Positions 60,701 through 64,000 of a DNA stretch of 64,000 nucleotides are shown piece after piece. Numbering within the stretch: the stretch's first letter is position 1; every line of letters begins with the position of its first letter. The DNA comes from Amoebophrya sp. A120. Lineage: Eukaryota > Protista > Dinoflagellata. The stretch lies in contig CAJINV010000001.1 of assembly GCA_905178155.1 (NCBI GenBank), positions 9,755,865 to 9,819,864 of the forward strand, in the 5' to 3' direction. Below the pieces are notes generated by a model that was not told the origin of the DNA, searched no databases, and saw only the letters and a program-made list of their open reading frames with translations. The position numbers and the translations under genes are program-made.

Positions 60701-61682
60701 GCGATAGCAAAAAAGCATCGTCCTTCCAGTACTTGCCCTGATGGGGTACTACGGAGACGTTGTTCGACGAATGCAGGTCTGTCGTCTCGGTCAGGCTCGT
60801 AGTTGCGTCTGTGAACAGGTCGGACGATGCAGTGTATTGCATGCGGGTATTCGCGGGGACGGTGCTGTGCTTTCCAATGCTCAAGTTTGGCGGCGCGATT
60901 TTTTTACTATTTCCGGAACCAGCTTCGCTTTTGTGCTTCTGCAGCGGATTATTGTCGCCTTTTTTTCCCGAAGAAGACAAGAATTTCTCCTTTTTCGAAC
61001 GCTCCGCGTTTGTGGTGGAGAGCAGCAGCGTGCCAACCCGATCCGCCTCTTCCTCGTCGACGACAACCACTTCCCGCCCGTTCTCGCCCGGGATCCGGCG
61101 GAACATGGGGCTCTTCAGCACATCCTCCACGACCGCGTGAATCATGATCTGCGGCGGTCGTTTTTGCTTTCGCGAAACTTCGTTCCCTTCCGCATCCACC
61201 TGCACTTCCGCGATCATGGCGTCGCTGCTGCTCCCGCTGTCCTGCTGCAGTTGCAAGCCTGCCCCGTTTTTGTTGGCTGCATGGCCCCCGCCTCCGTCGG
61301 AGTCGTTGTCGTCAAAAAAACGGTCATTGTTGTCCCCGAGAGGGGACCCGATGTCCGCCTCAAACGAATTTTTTCGTAGAATCAACGGTCGGTCTTCGCG
61401 AATCACGCTGTGAGATGACGACGTCCCGCCGACGTGCAGCGATCGCATCTTCTCAGGCGACCCGCCTGCAACATCGCGACCAAGACCGGAGTTGGAGCCC
61501 CAGCTCTCTTCAAGCTTTTCGTACAAATCCTTCTGCAGCATGCGCTCCATGCTAACCGATGGACCAACGCGGGGAAGTGTGCCGACGCGCAGTTCGTCTG
61601 CGCCGAGAACGCCGCGAAACACTGAAGACCCATCGGCTTCGTCAGTATTGCCGGGCACCTGGGTTGCGTTTTGCTTTTCCAT
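54730..61682 (-). CDS. Giant Ser-rich protein (about 2130 aa, 3 exons) with EF-hand-like motifs and a C-terminal Cys cluster
   Basis: Exons 61682-60284, 59889-55322 and 55155-54730 join in frame (6393 nt). EF-like loop LFTNLDDDDSRSISIDEV; C-terminal CSFC...WG..FCLCC. Confidence 0.7.
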
Positions 61683-62279
61683 ACCGAAAAGGAAAAATCA
61701 ACAAACTAAAACTTTTTGGATCTCGAATATCTATCATGATCACAAGCAAGATATCTATCGTGATGCTAGAACACCAATAACTAGAGTCTTGTCATCAGAC
61801 CTGATTAACGCCACCACTGGCAATCTCGATAGTTTTGTTGGGCGTCGGTATGTCCAGTGACGCTAGCGATGAGGCACGAGACGACCCGCGCCGCCCCTTG
61901 GATCCACCACGACCGCGACTTGCCATCTCACGTAAGAAGCAGGGCAACCCAGCTCAAACACATGAATCTTCAAGCCGAGGATTAGAGTGCTGCTTGATTC
62001 ATATTTCGCGAAGCGCCGCTCTGCAATGTGGCTCCTATGTACTTAAACTTATTCGCTCATCCAAGCCTGTCAATGTGTCTCCTCTGCCCACAACGCGAAG
62101 GCCTACTCTGGGGGAAGCAGGACTTCTTTTCCAAAACAAAGGTTGCGCCGAGTACTCGAAAGAAAACCAGACGAGGACAGAACAATCAGCGCAAAGCCAA
62201 TGCTGCGAGGGTGGCAGAGCTGGCGTCTACGTCTGCGAGTTCGAAAAGTTACACAAGCACCAACAATGTCTAATGCGTC

Positions 62280-62595
62280 GCTTCCACTGCGGGGGGGCTT
62301 CCACTGCCTGCACTGGCCGCGTGTCCGCTCCGCTCTCTTCCGGCCTCTCGCCCTCGCGCAGGTATTTTCATTGGAACCACGTGGCCCAGGCCTGTGCCTT
62401 TTCCCTGTCGGCGCGGAAGACCCCCCCAAGGACCTGCGGCGGCGCCGCGTCTGGTCGCCGCCGCGGTGGCTACCTCCCATCCCCCCGCGCCAGGTAGCGC
62501 CAGGGGCTTGAGGCGTTTCCCCTGTGGTCGGCTATGTATCGCCGCCACGAATCGCCTTCGATTTTGCGGCGCAGGACACGCGCCGCCGCCGGGTT
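62280..62595. other. GC-rich intergenic island, possibly another decayed transposon fragment
   Basis: Abrupt GC-rich patch in an AT-richer spacer, with the same texture as the Helitron fossil. No convincing protein motif. Confidence 0.3.
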
Positions 62596-63331
62596 GGTTT
62601 TTCTATTAGAATACTCATGACACGAGCGCGCTTCTTCGCGTTCGAGCTGGCACGGAACAAGTGAACTCACAAAACCGATTGCCCTCGGAAGGACGAGAAG
62701 CGCCTTTCCACAGAAGGTTACAACAGATATTCTCAAAAAGGGGGTCGCTTTTCGTTTCGAAGTAGTAGACAAATTCGTTTCTGCTTTCAACTGTGTTCTC
62801 AAGGCTACAGAGTCAAGTGGAGTGACATTGCAAAGAAATACTGTTAGTTTTAGTTCGTTCCCGATCAACATAGTGTGCTAGTCCTTAAGTGTAAAAGGCT
62901 TTCAAAACTTGAAATCACCTAAGAACTTATAGGGTGCAATCAATAGAGATTCAGTTCTTCCATCTTACTTGGGCTTCCATTTAGAGTATATTGTCAAAAG
63001 TCCCAGATTCTCCAACCTCGCACAAGAAGCCACTAAAAGGGCGCATGCTATTAGTTTGCACGGCCATTTCTTCTCGACTTATATCCGTCACTCTCGGATA
63101 TGCCGCTGAAGAGGTGTCAATGGAGGCTTCAAGACGCCGCTGCTGTATGCAGAGGGTACATGTACAAAACGAGAAACTATAGAAAAGTTTCAGGTAGGGA
63201 GTACTGTTATTGTTAGTGCAGGGCTTCTTGTAGTTGCCTAGTAAGTAAAGAAGTAGACTACATTCATTTTCATTTTGTCGAAAAGCAACTGCTCCAAATC
63301 CAAATGTTCACTTGTACATTTCGACGCTACG

Positions 63332-64000
63332 TCAATGAGGATGCATCGATGACGCCACACTCATGGGCGGTTCTCTGCTCCAGGTATTTGAGCTTCGGGA
63401 AGAATCAAATGTGGTCGAACCCAGTTGCGTTGTGGCGGCACCAAAAGAGTGGCGAGGATCAGTGTTGTGGGTCATCTGCCCTGGTGGTTTGTTGTGTAGC
63501 ACGTTGCCACGCTGACCGTTGCTTGGGTTGTTGTTTCCGTTGAAGTACGGCTTCCATGGTTCCATGTTGTTGCTTCGATACCTGCGGTTCTCCGAGTTGC
63601 TACTGCAGAACGGAGATGAAAACGTGGTCCTGCTCCATCGTCGGTTTGCCGTCGGTGACCGCGACGGCGAGCAAACAGAGGACTCGCTGGAAGAACGCGG
63701 CGTGCTCGAAGAAGAAAAGCGTCTTCGCTGCTCATAAGTGTTCCGCCAATTTTGGTAGCCTCGTTGCATGTTGCGTCCCCGTGGTGGCGGCGCGGCACAG
63801 GGCAGCGGGAGCATGCGGCTGCCGTTTCCCAGCAGACTTCGGGGCATTAATGGCGTGCCGCCGTTCTTGCCGCCTGCGGTCGGGTACGCCCGCATGAATC
63901 CCGGCTTGTGGACCAGCGGTGGTGGGTGGTGATCGTTGTAAGCCGCCGGCTGTCGCCCGGTGGCATTGGAGCCGTAGAAACTCTGGAAAAATCCCTGCGG
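63332..64000 (-). CDS. C-terminal low-complexity part of a gene starting outside the window
   Basis: The frame of ORF 63332-63895 stays open to position 64000 (PQGFFQSFYGSNATGRQ...). Confidence 0.6.
   Translation of the reverse strand, partial: PQGFFQSFYGSNATGRQPAAYNDHHPPPLVHKPGFMRAYPTAGGKNGGTPLMPRSLLGNGSRMLPLPCAAPPPRGRNMQRGYQNWRNTYEQRRRFSSSSTPRSSSESSVCSPSRSPTANRRWSRTTFSSPFCSSNSENRRYRSNNMEPWKPYFNGNNNPSNGQRGNVLHNKPPGQMTHNTDPRHSFGAATTQLGSTTFDSSRSSNTWSREPPMSVASSMHPH

Noticed and set aside
32-63897. Numerous long + strand ORFs (e.g. 6215-7069, 39324-40373, 47760-48851, 48975-50231)
   Set aside because: They are Ser/Leu/Ala-rich antisense shadows of GC-rich minus-strand genes and have no recognisable domains.

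Overview
Eukaryotic nuclear DNA, most likely from a syndinian (Amoebophrya-like) dinoflagellate. This is inferred from two dinoflagellate/viral nucleoprotein (DVNP) genes, a compact layout, all 16 gene models on the minus strand, and short canonical GT-AG introns. Genes, left to right: a repeat-rich RVxF-motif protein running off the left edge, a CFIm68/CPSF6-like RRM protein, a Q-rich unknown, two tandem DVNPs, a greatly expanded HflX/GTPBP6 GTPase, an ankyrin protein, RPL35, an unknown, Nup155, an ASP3/plasmepsin IX-X-like aspartic protease, an unknown, a Yippee-like protein, an FHA coiled-coil protein, an F-box-like unknown, a giant EF-hand-like protein and a partial gene. The most notable non-coding signals are: (1) a cluster of H/ACA snoRNA-like RNAs in the RPL35 intron, where one guide hairpin predicted to target the LSU peptidyl-transferase pseudouridine (yeast 2826) occurs four times with different partner hairpins; (2) a Helitron helicase fossil that appears to have decayed directionally from AT to GC; (3) a dense, roughly 30-bp-spaced GATC array and a TTTAGAT motif cloud around RPL35; (4) a conserved 3'-UTR block and predicted 3'-UTR intron in both DVNP paralogs. 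All splice models and homology calls were made by eye; no database searches were run.
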